From Bythopirellula sp. (lineage in GTDB: Bacteria; Planctomycetota; Planctomycetia; Pirellulales; Lacipirellulaceae), in NCBI GenBank assembly GCA_965216565.1, contig OZ244170.1:1-64000 (forward strand): a stretch of 64,000 nucleotides of DNA, written 5' to 3'. Shown here piece by piece: positions 50,955 to 59,131 of the stretch (positions are counted from its first letter, which is position 1; every line of letters starts with the position of its first letter). The position numbers were made by a program, and so were the translations under genes. The notes beneath the pieces are model-generated. The model ran no database searches. It was not told where the DNA came from and worked only from the letters and a program-made list of their open reading frames with translations.

Positions 50955-52490
50955 TTACGAAACGCTTCGAGCCGGCTCTTGTCGGGCTTCAAGCGAACTG
51001 AAGAGTTGCCGAAAATTGGTGCCTTCGACTAACTCGGCGCGAGAAGGACGTTCGTCTTCTACGATAAGCAGATCTCCAGGCGTCGTCGGCAAGACTGCCT
51101 GGTCCACTTGTTCCTGCAGGTCTTCCTCTGGGTCGAGTTCTGTATCGAACTCGTCAAATTGGATTGAATCTGAGTGGATTGATTCTGAGGAGAATGTCGT
51201 TTCAACACGTGACTGCCCAGTCTCTGCCTCTGCCAAATAGGAGCTGGCAATATCTTTGAGCTCACCAGCAAATGCGGTATCGAGCCGATTGATGACTTGA
51301 GGTGCAGAGGCAAGCAAAGCACTTTCAAATTCCACATAGCGGTCGGCTACGACTTCTTCCTGGCCAAATTGCTCGGCAAATGGGTCATGAGCCACTTCTG
51401 TGGGACGCCCTTTGGTGTTAAAAGGTTCCTCAGTTTCTGCCGAACTGACGGTAAGCTCCACGGCATTCACTCCGCTTTCGTAGATCCCTTCGACGACTTC
51501 ATACCCTTCGGCAAAATCGAATTCAGCGACAGCATCGCGGTTCATCGGGATTGAGGCTGGAACCTCGTCGGCTTCCGGCTTGGTCTCATCCTCGTGCGAG
51601 GAGGGGCTATCGAGTTCGCCGAATTCAACGGCTCCCTCAAAGCAGTGCGACTCGGCCTTCGGTTCGTGCCAAGGCGCGGGTAACTGCTGCAGGTCGGACC
51701 AACCCTGCTGAACCTTCTCGCGACAAATGGGCATGTCGTCATTTGATTGAGCAGTCCACACAATCTGGTCGCCAAGCTGGTTGATCAGTCGGGGTAGTCC
51801 ATCGGTGGCAGCGAAGATGGCTTCCAATCCGTCTTTGGTGAAGAGCGTCTCCGGCTGCAATCCGACCGCGGCAGATTGAGCACGGACATACTGGAACGTT
51901 TCTTCGCGACCCATTGCGGACAGGTAGCAACGCGAAGAAAGCCGTTGGCTAAAGCCAGCGAGACTTGGTTCGGCGAAAGTTTCTTCCAGGCCCGATCCGC
52001 CGGCCATGACCAAACTGATGAGCAACTCTCCCTGGTGCGAGGTGTTGGTGAGCATCCTGAGTTCGGATAACAATCGTGACGGTAGTGCGTCGGACTCGTC
52101 GACCAAGAGCAGCAATTTGCGAACCTTGCCCTCGGAGGGCTGCAAATAGCTCAGCAGTGTGAGCCGCATTTCTCCCTCATCGAGACCTTCATAAGGAATC
52201 TCCAACTCGAAGAGAATGGATTGCAGCAATGCGCGACGCGTGCATATTTGCCCACCCAGCAGTGGAATGATCTTCATCTGCTCGGCAAATTGCTTGGCTA
52301 GCACATCCAGCAGCAGTGTCTTACCCGTTCCAGCAGAACCTATTAATAGGGCCGGTCCCTCACCCCGGACAATCGAGCGGCTCAAACGTTGGCGGGCCTC
52401 TTCGGCGACTGCTGAAGGAAAATATCGATTTGCGTCAGGGGCGGCAACAAAGGGACGAGGTATGGAATCTGGCACGTTGATATCCGACAT
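50955..52490 (-). CDS. ExeA/GspA-like AAA ATPase with long acidic C-terminal region
   Basis: GSAGTGKT Walker A, LLVDES Walker B, GLPRLINQL. Confidence 0.85.
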   Translation of the reverse strand: MSDINVPDSIPRPFVAAPDANRYFPSAVAEEARQRLSRSIVRGEGPALLIGSAGTGKTLLLDVLAKQFAEQMKIIPLLGGQICTRRALLQSILFELEIPYEGLDEGEMRLTLLSYLQPSEGKVRKLLLLVDESDALPSRLLSELRMLTNTSHQGELLISLVMAGGSGLEETFAEPSLAGFSQRLSSRCYLSAMGREETFQYVRAQSAAVGLQPETLFTKDGLEAIFAATDGLPRLINQLGDQIVWTAQSNDDMPICREKVQQGWSDLQQLPAPWHEPKAESHCFEGAVEFGELDSPSSHEDETKPEADEVPASIPMNRDAVAEFDFAEGYEVVEGIYESGVNAVELTVSSAETEEPFNTKGRPTEVAHDPFAEQFGQEEVVADRYVEFESALLASAPQVINRLDTAFAGELKDIASSYLAEAETGQSRVETTFSSESIHSDSIQFDEFDTELDPEEDLQEQVDQAVLPTTPGDLLIVEDERPSRAELVEGTNFRQLFSSLEARQEPARSVS

Positions 52491-52741
52491 TGGAGAAAAC
52501 TCCTAAAAATCGCCAGGTTGGCACGAAGGCCGATCACTCTGTAGTTTCCAGCGCGGACGTTCATCCACACCGAAGGCGATCGGCAGCTATCGCATCTCAT
52601 CGGCAAGGTTCACTAAATCGCTCCAGGTCGGTCGCCAAATTCTGCGCCGTTTGACACACACCGGAACTCAGAAACAATACATACATCCCAGTCCGGAAAC
52701 TTTCGCAAATTTTCTGTGCGAGAAAGGTTCAAGTTCACTAC

Positions 52742-53407
52742 GTGTTTCAAGTCAAACTCTGTGGAATCACTCGAACGGAAGATGCCTGCGCCGCGGTAGA
52801 CGCCGGTGCCGATGCAATCGGGTTGAATTTCTATGCCAAGAGTTCACGGTACATCGACCCCCAGCATGCGGCGGACATGGTAGATGAGCTAAATACTCGG
52901 CCCGACTTGGTCGGAGTATTCGTCAATTCGCCAATTGATAAAATCTTGCAGATTGCCAACCAAGCCAAACTCACTACTATCCAATTGCATGGCGATGAGT
53001 CTCCGGATCTGTTAGCTAAGGTTCCAAATTCATATAAGGTAGTTTGTGCAAGACGCATGGATGACCGTGGATTGGCTCCGATTGCTGAGTACATCCAGAA
53101 CAGCGATGCGGCAGGACGGATGCCCGACGCGGTGCTTGTAGATGCCTATTCACCTGGGCAATATGGCGGCACAGGCGAAACGGTCTCCTGGACGGGATTG
53201 GCGGACTATCGCAAGTGGTTGGGCGATGTGCCGTTGATTCTTGCTGGAGGACTGACTCCTGAGAACGTTTCGGAAGCCATCCGCACCGTTCGTCCCTATG
53301 GAGTGGATGTCGCTAGCGGAGTAGAAATTTCGCCCGGTGTGAAATGTCCCCAGAAGATGCGGTTATTCGTAGACAACGCGAAATCAGCCTTTGAATCCAT
53401 CACCTAG
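52742..53407 (+). CDS. trpF: Phosphoribosylanthranilate isomerase
   Basis: VKLCGIT, QLHGDE, GGTGET, LAGGLTPENV, DVASGVE. Confidence 0.96.
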   Translation: MFQVKLCGITRTEDACAAVDAGADAIGLNFYAKSSRYIDPQHAADMVDELNTRPDLVGVFVNSPIDKILQIANQAKLTTIQLHGDESPDLLAKVPNSYKVVCARRMDDRGLAPIAEYIQNSDAAGRMPDAVLVDAYSPGQYGGTGETVSWTGLADYRKWLGDVPLILAGGLTPENVSEAIRTVRPYGVDVASGVEISPGVKCPQKMRLFVDNAKSAFESIT

Positions 53408-53605
53408 CCGGAGGCAAACCTGCCTCCGGAGCACGACAGACCGCGTGGCGGTCCGGCTATAAGTATATGCCCCTCAAAATGCCCTAGGCTTGGCGTGAAC
53501 CACCCCGCCAGCTACACTCGTTATAGATGTTAAAACCCTCAAAATCGGCCTCCGTGGCAGTCGCCAGCCGGTGTTCATGATTTTTTCTTAGAAGGAGTTT
53601 CCCTC

Positions 53606-54958
53606 GTGGCCCAAGTAACGACACAGCTTCCCTACAAAGTTCTCGACTGCGGAGAACAAGAATTCGAACGATTGGCCGAGTGGGGCCGGAAGGAAATCGA
53701 CCTGGCCGAGAATGAAATGCCCGGTCTGATGGCACTGCGGGAAAAATACGGCGATAGCAAACCGCTAGCAGGAGCACGAATCGCCGGTTGTTTACACATG
53801 ACTATCCAAACCGCGGTGCTCATTGAGACACTGGTCGATCTTGGAGCGGAAGTGACCTGGAGTAGCTGCAACATTTTCAGCACCCAGGACCACGCAGCCT
53901 GTGCCATCGCCAAGGCTGGAATTCCCGTTTACGCCTGGAAGGGCATGAGCGAAGAGGAATTCGATTGGTGCATCGAGCAAACGCTCAGTTTCCCCTCTGG
54001 CGAACCGCTAAACTTGATTCTCGACGACGGCGGGGACCTCACCGCGATGGTCCACGACAAATTCCCTGAGATGCTCGAGCACATCAAAGGTCTTTCCGAA
54101 GAGACCACCACAGGTGTTCATCGCTTATACCAAATGCACGAAAATGGTGAGCTCAAGGTGCCTGCCATCAACGTGAATGACTCGGTGACCAAGAGCAAGT
54201 TTGACAATCTCTATGGTTGCCGCGAGTCCTTGGCCGATGGCATCAAGCGGGCTACCGACGTGATGGTCGCAGGCAAGGTCGTCGTCATCGCCGGTTACGG
54301 AGACGTTGGCAAGGGCTGTGCCCAGTCGATGCGTGGCTTGGGTGCTCGGGTAATTCTCACCGAGATCGACCCTATCCTCGCTCTCCAAGCTGCGATGGAA
54401 GGCTTTGAGATCACTACGATGGAAGACGCCGTGGCCGAGGGAGATATCTTCGTCACGACTACAGGCAACCGCGACATCATCACCGGCGAACATATGTCGA
54501 AGATGAAGAACGATGCCATCGTCTGCAACATCGGTCACTTCGATTTAGAGATCGACATGGCCTGGCTCAATGGCGAGGTGGAAGCCGGCCGCGTCAAAGC
54601 GGACCGCGTGAAGCCTGCCGAAGTTGGTGCAATGGACAAGTACACCTTTGCCGATGGCCATTCGATCCTGATCTTGGCAGAGGGGCGTCTGGTAAATCTT
54701 GGGTGTGCCACGGGTCATCCTTCGTTCGTAATGAGTACTTCGTTCACCAACCAGGTACTGGCCCAGTTGGCCTTGTGGAACGAGACCGATAACTTCCCAC
54801 TCGGCGTGCACGTATTGCCCAAGGAGTTGGATGAGGAAGTCGCGAGGCTGCATCTTGAGAAGTTGGGCGTGAAGCTCACGAAGATGTCGAAGGCCCAAAG
54901 CGATTACGTGGGTATCCCCATCGAAGGGCCCTATAAGCCTGAGTACTATCGATACTAG
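53606..54958 (+). CDS. ahcY: Adenosylhomocysteinase
   Basis: [56 protein letters not shown]. Confidence 0.98.
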   Translation: MAQVTTQLPYKVLDCGEQEFERLAEWGRKEIDLAENEMPGLMALREKYGDSKPLAGARIAGCLHMTIQTAVLIETLVDLGAEVTWSSCNIFSTQDHAACAIAKAGIPVYAWKGMSEEEFDWCIEQTLSFPSGEPLNLILDDGGDLTAMVHDKFPEMLEHIKGLSEETTTGVHRLYQMHENGELKVPAINVNDSVTKSKFDNLYGCRESLADGIKRATDVMVAGKVVVIAGYGDVGKGCAQSMRGLGARVILTEIDPILALQAAMEGFEITTMEDAVAEGDIFVTTTGNRDIITGEHMSKMKNDAIVCNIGHFDLEIDMAWLNGEVEAGRVKADRVKPAEVGAMDKYTFADGHSILILAEGRLVNLGCATGHPSFVMSTSFTNQVLAQLALWNETDNFPLGVHVLPKELDEEVARLHLEKLGVKLTKMSKAQSDYVGIPIEGPYKPEYYRY

Positions 54959-54993
54959 GCGGAGCGGGAAATTCTAGAAGACTGAGTTCAGAG

Positions 54994-55023
54994 AAACCGC
55001 CGTCAGCAGACGGCGGTTTTTTT
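54994..55023 (+). terminator. Rho-independent terminator after ahcY
   Basis: AAACCGCCGTC-AGCA-GACGGCGGTTT plus T run. Confidence 0.88.
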
Positions 55024-55092
55024 ATGCGCCGACTTCGCCTAAACTGTCGGCATCTAGTCCATGAACCCCGCCCCCAGACCCCCGATCTCTCT

Positions 55093-56454
55093 ATGCCCAC
55101 CATCAGTGCTTTCCGCGGAATCCGTTACGACTTGGGCCATGTTGGCTCGCTCTCGAATGTTATTGCCCCTCCATACGATGTGATTGATGCCGAGTTGCTA
55201 GACGAACTCTATGCCAAGCACGAGAATAATTGCACGCGGTTGATACTTGGTAAGGACGAATCTGGCGACGACGATTCAAACAATCGCTATACCCGCGCGG
55301 CCAAGCACCTCCGCGGTTGGCTCCGTGAAGGAATCCTTTTCTCTGAAAGCGATCCAGCGGTTTACGTCTACCACCAGGAATTCACTGACGCCGGCCAGAC
55401 CTATACGCGACGTGGATTTATGAGCCGGGTGCGGTTAGAGCCATTCGGCGAGGGCGACATCCATCCCCATGAAGAGACCCACTCCGGTGCGAAGGCCGAC
55501 CGGCTTAAGCTGTGGCAAAACTGCAAAGCGAACATGAGCCAGATCTTCGGCTTGTACCCCGACGCTGAGAATGTGGCTCAACAATTACTCGATCAGGCGA
55601 TCGTCGGCCAGACTCCTATCGAGGCCACCGACCACCTCGGAATCCTGCACCGTATTTGGCCGGTGACGGATATTGATGTCATTCAACAGGTCACGGCGGC
55701 CATGGGTGGCAAGCCCGTTTACATTGCCGACGGGCACCATCGCTACGAGACCGCCTGCAACTACCGCGACGAGCTGGCCGCCAAGATGAAAGCCGAAGGC
55801 CAGGAACTGGACGAACAACATCCGGCCAACTTCGTACTAATGATGTGCGTGTCGATGAGCGATCCGGGCATGATCGTCCTTCCCACTCACCGGCTCTTCC
55901 GGGGCTTGCCGGCGATGACCTCGGAAGAACTCTGCGGAAAACTTGGAGACCACTTCGAGACCAAGCCCGCAGGAGAGGGCCCCGACCTGGCTCCTAGTCT
56001 CTGGGAAGAGATTGAGACCGAGGACGACCAAGGCACTCTGGCACTGTATACGGCGGAAGACGGCCAATGGACGATGGCCCGCCTCACCGATGCCGGTCGA
56101 GAGAAAATGGCTCAGGTGGCAGACGATCATTGCGAGGCCTGGCAGGGCTTAGGAGTGAGTTTGCTTCATCGTTTGATTGGCGACACTCTACTCGACGCCG
56201 CCAATCTGCCCGCTCCCAAATACGTCAGGTCCATCGAAGAAGTCGTCGAAGGTCTCAAATCTGGCGACTCGGTTGGGCGCGATCACACGGGCCAAATGGC
56301 GAGTGGCGGCCGATTCGAGTTGGCTGCCTTGGTCATGCCGGCGACGCTAGAACACATCCGCCAAATCTCCAACGCCGCCGAGCGGATGCCCGCCAAAAGC
56401 ACCTACTTCTATCCCAAGCTCCTCAGCGGCCTGGTCTTTAACCCCCTTGAATAG
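55093..56454 (+). CDS. DUF1015 family protein
   Basis: APPYDVI, PHEET, YIADGHHRYETA, ILPTHR-like motif, MPAKSTYFYPKLLSG. Confidence 0.9.
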   Translation: MPTISAFRGIRYDLGHVGSLSNVIAPPYDVIDAELLDELYAKHENNCTRLILGKDESGDDDSNNRYTRAAKHLRGWLREGILFSESDPAVYVYHQEFTDAGQTYTRRGFMSRVRLEPFGEGDIHPHEETHSGAKADRLKLWQNCKANMSQIFGLYPDAENVAQQLLDQAIVGQTPIEATDHLGILHRIWPVTDIDVIQQVTAAMGGKPVYIADGHHRYETACNYRDELAAKMKAEGQELDEQHPANFVLMMCVSMSDPGMIVLPTHRLFRGLPAMTSEELCGKLGDHFETKPAGEGPDLAPSLWEEIETEDDQGTLALYTAEDGQWTMARLTDAGREKMAQVADDHCEAWQGLGVSLLHRLIGDTLLDAANLPAPKYVRSIEEVVEGLKSGDSVGRDHTGQMASGGRFELAALVMPATLEHIRQISNAAERMPAKSTYFYPKLLSGLVFNPLE

Positions 56455-56541
56455 CACGGGCCGCAAACGCTTCAGCGTTCCGGAAATTCGATTCGACGTG
56501 GGGTGCACTCGGCGACTGAAGTCACCCTCGCCGACCGATAC

Positions 56542-56639
56542 CGTTTCACGTGAAACTCAATGGGTAAACTGCGCCGTCCTGGTGATGTGCATGTTTCACG
56601 TGAAACGGGGTGAGTCTAACGATCGTTTCACGTGGAACG
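56542..56639. promoter_or_regulatory. Three parS centromere sites
   Basis: CGTTTCACGTGAAACT (56542-56557), TGTTTCACGTGAAACG (56592-56607), CGTTTCACGTGGAACG (56624-56639) match TGTTNCACGTGAAACA; directly upstream of parA. Confidence 0.93.
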
Positions 56640-56717
56640 GGGTGTTGTTTGGGTGCTGGCCGATAACATTCTCGGAGCCATTCCCCTGTCCGCAAGTCGC
56701 ATTCTGAAATTCTCTTT

Positions 56718-57464
56718 ATGGGCCGAGTCATCTGCGTAGCCAATCAGAAGGGGGGCGTCGGCAAGACGACCACGGCGCTCAACCTTGCCGCGCTCTTGGC
56801 AATGGCGGGACGACGCACGTTGCTGGTAGATCTCGATCCCCAGTGTAACGCCACCTCGGGATTGGGCCACTCGCCTTCCGACCGACACGCCCTGATCGAC
56901 AACCGCCCGCTGCGGGAATCGTTCGTCGAAACGGCCCAAGCGAATCTGTCGCTGCTCCCCGGCTCGCGTAGTTTTCAGGATGTCGACACGTTGGCCAACT
57001 CTAGCGATTCGCAAGCCGTGATGCTAGCAACCCATCTCTCCGGAAGTTTGGGTTCGTTCGATACGGTGCTGATCGATTGCCCACCTTCCCTAGGTCAGCT
57101 CACTCGCACAGCACTCGCTAGTGCTAGCGAAGTGCTGATGCCAATTCAATGCGAGTATTTCGCTATGGAAGGGCTCACTCAAATGATCGAGGTAATCCGG
57201 CAGGTGATCGACCAGCCGAATAGCCGATTAAAATTTGGTGGCATCCTGCTCACGATGTACGACGCCACGTTGGAACTCACTGCCGAGGTGGATCGGGAAG
57301 TTCGCGATTTCTTCGGAGAGATTGTTTTCGAAAATGTCATCCCACGCGACGTAGCTGTGTCGGAAGCACCGAGTCATGGAAGCTCGGTGGTCGACTACGC
57401 CCCGCGATCCCGCGGAGCCCGCGCGTACGTGGAACTTTGCCAGGAGGTGCTAGAGCGTGTCTAG
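56718..57464 (+). CDS. parA: Chromosome partitioning ATPase ParA/Soj
   Basis: NQKGGVGKTT, DLDPQCN, IDCPPSLG, QCEYFAMEG, SEAPSHG. Confidence 0.96.
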   Translation: MGRVICVANQKGGVGKTTTALNLAALLAMAGRRTLLVDLDPQCNATSGLGHSPSDRHALIDNRPLRESFVETAQANLSLLPGSRSFQDVDTLANSSDSQAVMLATHLSGSLGSFDTVLIDCPPSLGQLTRTALASASEVLMPIQCEYFAMEGLTQMIEVIRQVIDQPNSRLKFGGILLTMYDATLELTAEVDREVRDFFGEIVFENVIPRDVAVSEAPSHGSSVVDYAPRSRGARAYVELCQEVLERV

Positions 57465-58479
57465 GGGCAACAATAGTAAAGAGCGACGTTTGGGCCGAGG
57501 TTTAGAAGCATTACTTGGACGATCAAATGACGAGCCTGTCGAGCAGGAAGCCGTCATTGAGATCGAAGAGTCGGAAGCGGAAACGCCTCAGACTTTGTCA
57601 ATTTACGAAGAGGATGCTTCAGCAGTCTCTCGAAGCGATGACGGCCAGCAATGGATCGAGTTGGGCTCGATTGACCGCAATCCCCATCAGCCTCGCAAGC
57701 ACTTCGACGAGTCGGAGATTGCCGACTTATGCGATAGCATTCGCAACCACGGCATACTGCAGCCGATCGTGGTGCGGCCCGCAGGCGATCGGTTTCAGAT
57801 CATTGCCGGTGAACGCCGATTTCGTGCCGCTCAGATGGCGAGCTGGGAAAGCGTGCCGGTGCAGCTCCGCGAGGTAACGGACCGACAGATGGCTGAACTG
57901 GCCATCGTGGAAAATGTCCAACGTAAGGATCTCAATCCTTTGGAAAAGGGGGCATCGTTCCAACGCTATTTGCAAGAGTATGGCTGTACCCAAGAAGAGC
58001 TCGCCACTCGAGTGAATATCGATCGATCAACCGTCGCCAATCTCATCCGATTGTTGGAGCTTCCCGAGGCTGTGAAGCAAATGATTTCCGATGGCAAGAT
58101 TGCTCAAGGGCATGCCCGGGCACTATTGCCACTGGGTGATGAAAAAGAACAATGCGAATTTGCCAAACGAGTCAGTGGCGAGTCTCTCTCCGTCCGGGCA
58201 ACCGAGCAAATGGTCCAGGGCCACATCCATCGAGCAGATGGCGAGCCTTTTTCTGTGATTGATAGCGAGGGCAATTCGCGGCCTGCGAAGACCCGTCCGA
58301 GCGAGCATCTGGCTCAAATGGAGGAGCAGCTTCGCCTCGCTTTGGGGACCAAGGTCGATCTCAAACAGACGGCCAAGGGCAAGGGCCGGATCACGATTCA
58401 CTTCAAGAATCACGCCGAATTCGACCGCTTACGCGCGATCCTCACTGGCGAGGAAGAGTCCTTGAAAGAAGCGACGTAG
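57457..58479 (+). CDS. parB: Chromosome partitioning protein ParB/Spo0J
   Basis: LGRGLEAL, NPHQPRK, IAGERRFRA, ENVQRKDLNPLE, HTH region; AGGAGG RBS. Confidence 0.96.
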   Translation: MSRGNNSKERRLGRGLEALLGRSNDEPVEQEAVIEIEESEAETPQTLSIYEEDASAVSRSDDGQQWIELGSIDRNPHQPRKHFDESEIADLCDSIRNHGILQPIVVRPAGDRFQIIAGERRFRAAQMASWESVPVQLREVTDRQMAELAIVENVQRKDLNPLEKGASFQRYLQEYGCTQEELATRVNIDRSTVANLIRLLELPEAVKQMISDGKIAQGHARALLPLGDEKEQCEFAKRVSGESLSVRATEQMVQGHIHRADGEPFSVIDSEGNSRPAKTRPSEHLAQMEEQLRLALGTKVDLKQTAKGKGRITIHFKNHAEFDRLRAILTGEEESLKEAT

Positions 58480-58598
58480 TAGTGAGGGGCTAGAGGCTGG
58501 GGGCTAGGGACTAGTAAGAATACTATACATAAGTATAGTAACTGACCTTGGCTCCAGCGGTTACCATCTATCGAAAGCTATTAGTTAATAGCATCAAG

Positions 58599-58662
58599 CG
58601 GGGCGTGGCGCAGCCTAGTAGCGCGGTCGCCGCGGCGACAGGTCGCACGTCCGAATCATGAC
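58599..58662 (+). pseudogene. tRNA-Pro-derived copy (5' portion) with anticodon arm replaced by GTCGCCGCGGCGAC
   Basis: First 27 nt match the tRNA at 26 positions; then a 14-bp palindrome; then AGGTCGCACGTCCGAATC; 3' acceptor strand lost. Confidence 0.85.
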
Positions 58663-58694
58663 ATTACTGAATAACTAAATAATCCAAAAAATCT

Positions 58695-58768
58695 CGGGGC
58701 GTGGCGCAGCCTGGTAGCGCGACTGGTTTGGGACCAGTAGGTCGCACGTTCGAATCGTGTCGCCCCGA
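58695..58768 (+). tRNA. tRNA-Pro(TGG), CCA not encoded
   Basis: Acceptor CGGGGCG/CGCCCCG, D arm GCGC/GCGC, anticodon arm ACTGG-TTTGGGA-CCAGT, T arm GCACG-TTCGAAT-CGTGT, discriminator A. Confidence 0.97.
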
Positions 58769-58772
58769 CTTC

Positions 58773-59021
58773 ATGTTCTACGTCTACGTGCTTCGAAGCG
58801 AGAAGACGGGTCGATTCTACACGGGATCATGTGGCGATCTGGATGATCGATTGCACCGCCACAACTGTGGCTACTCGAAAGCCACCAAACACGGGATTCC
58901 TTAGCAGCTCCTCTACTCTGAGGAATTTCAAACTCGTTCTGAGGCCGTTCAGCGTGAAATGTATTTCAAGAGCGGGACTGGTAGAGAAAAGCTGAAGTCT
59001 CTCATCGAGAATCTATCCTAG
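58773..59021 (+). pseudogene. Small GIY-YIG nuclease gene with one in-frame TAG (58902-58904)
   Basis: MFYVYVLRSEKTGRFYTGSCGDLDDRLHRHNCGYSKATKHGIP*QLLYSEEFQTRSEAVQREMYFKSGTGREKLKSLIENLS: YVY...YTG, RL..HN, A..RE motifs; stop sits where a Trp (PW.L.Y.E) is expected. Confidence 0.88.
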
Positions 59022-59060
59022 TAGCCTCTTACATGGATGACACACGGGTAGAACAGTGTT

Positions 59061-59113
59061 GTAGCGCGGTCGCCGCGGCGACAGGTCGCACGGCGCGAAT
59101 CGTGTCGCCCCGA
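59061..59113 (+). pseudogene. tRNA-Pro-derived copy (3' portion) with the same palindrome replacing the anticodon arm
   Basis: GTAGCGCG GTCGCCGCGGCGAC AGGTCGCACG GCGCGAAT CGTGTCGCCCCGA. Confidence 0.88.
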
Positions 59114-59131
59114 CCTTTTGTAGAGCCGGAA

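Noticed and set aside
53408..53605. Possible SAH/SAM riboswitch upstream of ahcY
   Set aside because: Only a simple hairpin (53408-53429) seen; conserved riboswitch core not recognisable by eye. An Rfam scan would settle it.
58701..58904. ORF-track 67-aa ORF starting MAQPGSATG
   Set aside because: Its first 24 codons lie in the tRNA-Pro gene and the 4-nt spacer; the real frame starts at ATG 58773 and continues past the TAG.
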